From Pecten maximus (lineage: Eukaryota), in the NCBI RefSeq assembly GCF_902652985.1, contig NC_047019.1, positions 15,748,001 to 15,812,000 of the forward strand: a stretch of 64,000 bases of DNA, read 5' to 3'. Both the position numbers and the translations under genes were made by a program. Under the pieces are notes generated by a model. It worked only from the letters and a program-made list of their open reading frames with translations. It ran no database searches and had not been told where the DNA came from. Positions within the stretch are counted from its first letter, which is position 1, and each line of letters opens with the position of its first letter. Shown one piece after another: positions 63,827 to 64,000 of the stretch.

Positions 63827-64000
63827 TGAAAACCGCTTAGCCTGTCCCCTGTCAGTAGGGCTGCAGAAATCGCCCGAATATCAGGCGAAATCTGTTTAAC
63901 AGGTATTTTCATAGCAAAAAACGACAGACATGTTTCAGTTAGGGGCTGCTGTGTTTCATTATCCATTTTTATTTTGATAAATAGTATCCTTATAAAATTT

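Overview
AT-rich, intron-containing eukaryotic genomic DNA, most likely a bivalve mollusc (inferred from gene and repeat types). Four spliced host genes were reconstructed by hand from GT-AG sites with consistent phases. (1) An 8-exon, extremely Arg-rich astacin (M12A) metalloprotease (+, 811-13469). (2) A 10-exon SLC22/Orct-like transporter (+, 17632-27201). (3) A 2-BIR + UBA-like + RING inhibitor-of-apoptosis gene with a long hydrophobic N-terminal extension (+, 37441-41195). (4) The 3' exons of a class I SAM methyltransferase (-, 44515-45591). Introns and UTRs hold three 5'-truncated LINEs with target-site duplications (TSDs), several MITEs, hairpin-ended elements and minisatellites. The right third is a nest of transposons. 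A 14.3-kb Gypsy element (A, 47551-61867, TSD ATAT) has its 5' LTR split by an inverted, gag-less Gypsy element (B, 47799-52761), whose own 5' LTR is split by a TAG...CTA element with a 9-bp TSD. A hairpin-ended element with Pol III boxes sits in A's pol. The best candidate for an undescribed system is in element A: an intact accessory ORF in the env position, preceded by a splice acceptor and encoding a C2H2 zinc-finger/NLS protein, together with splice donors and NF-kB-like/CRE motifs in the LTR.
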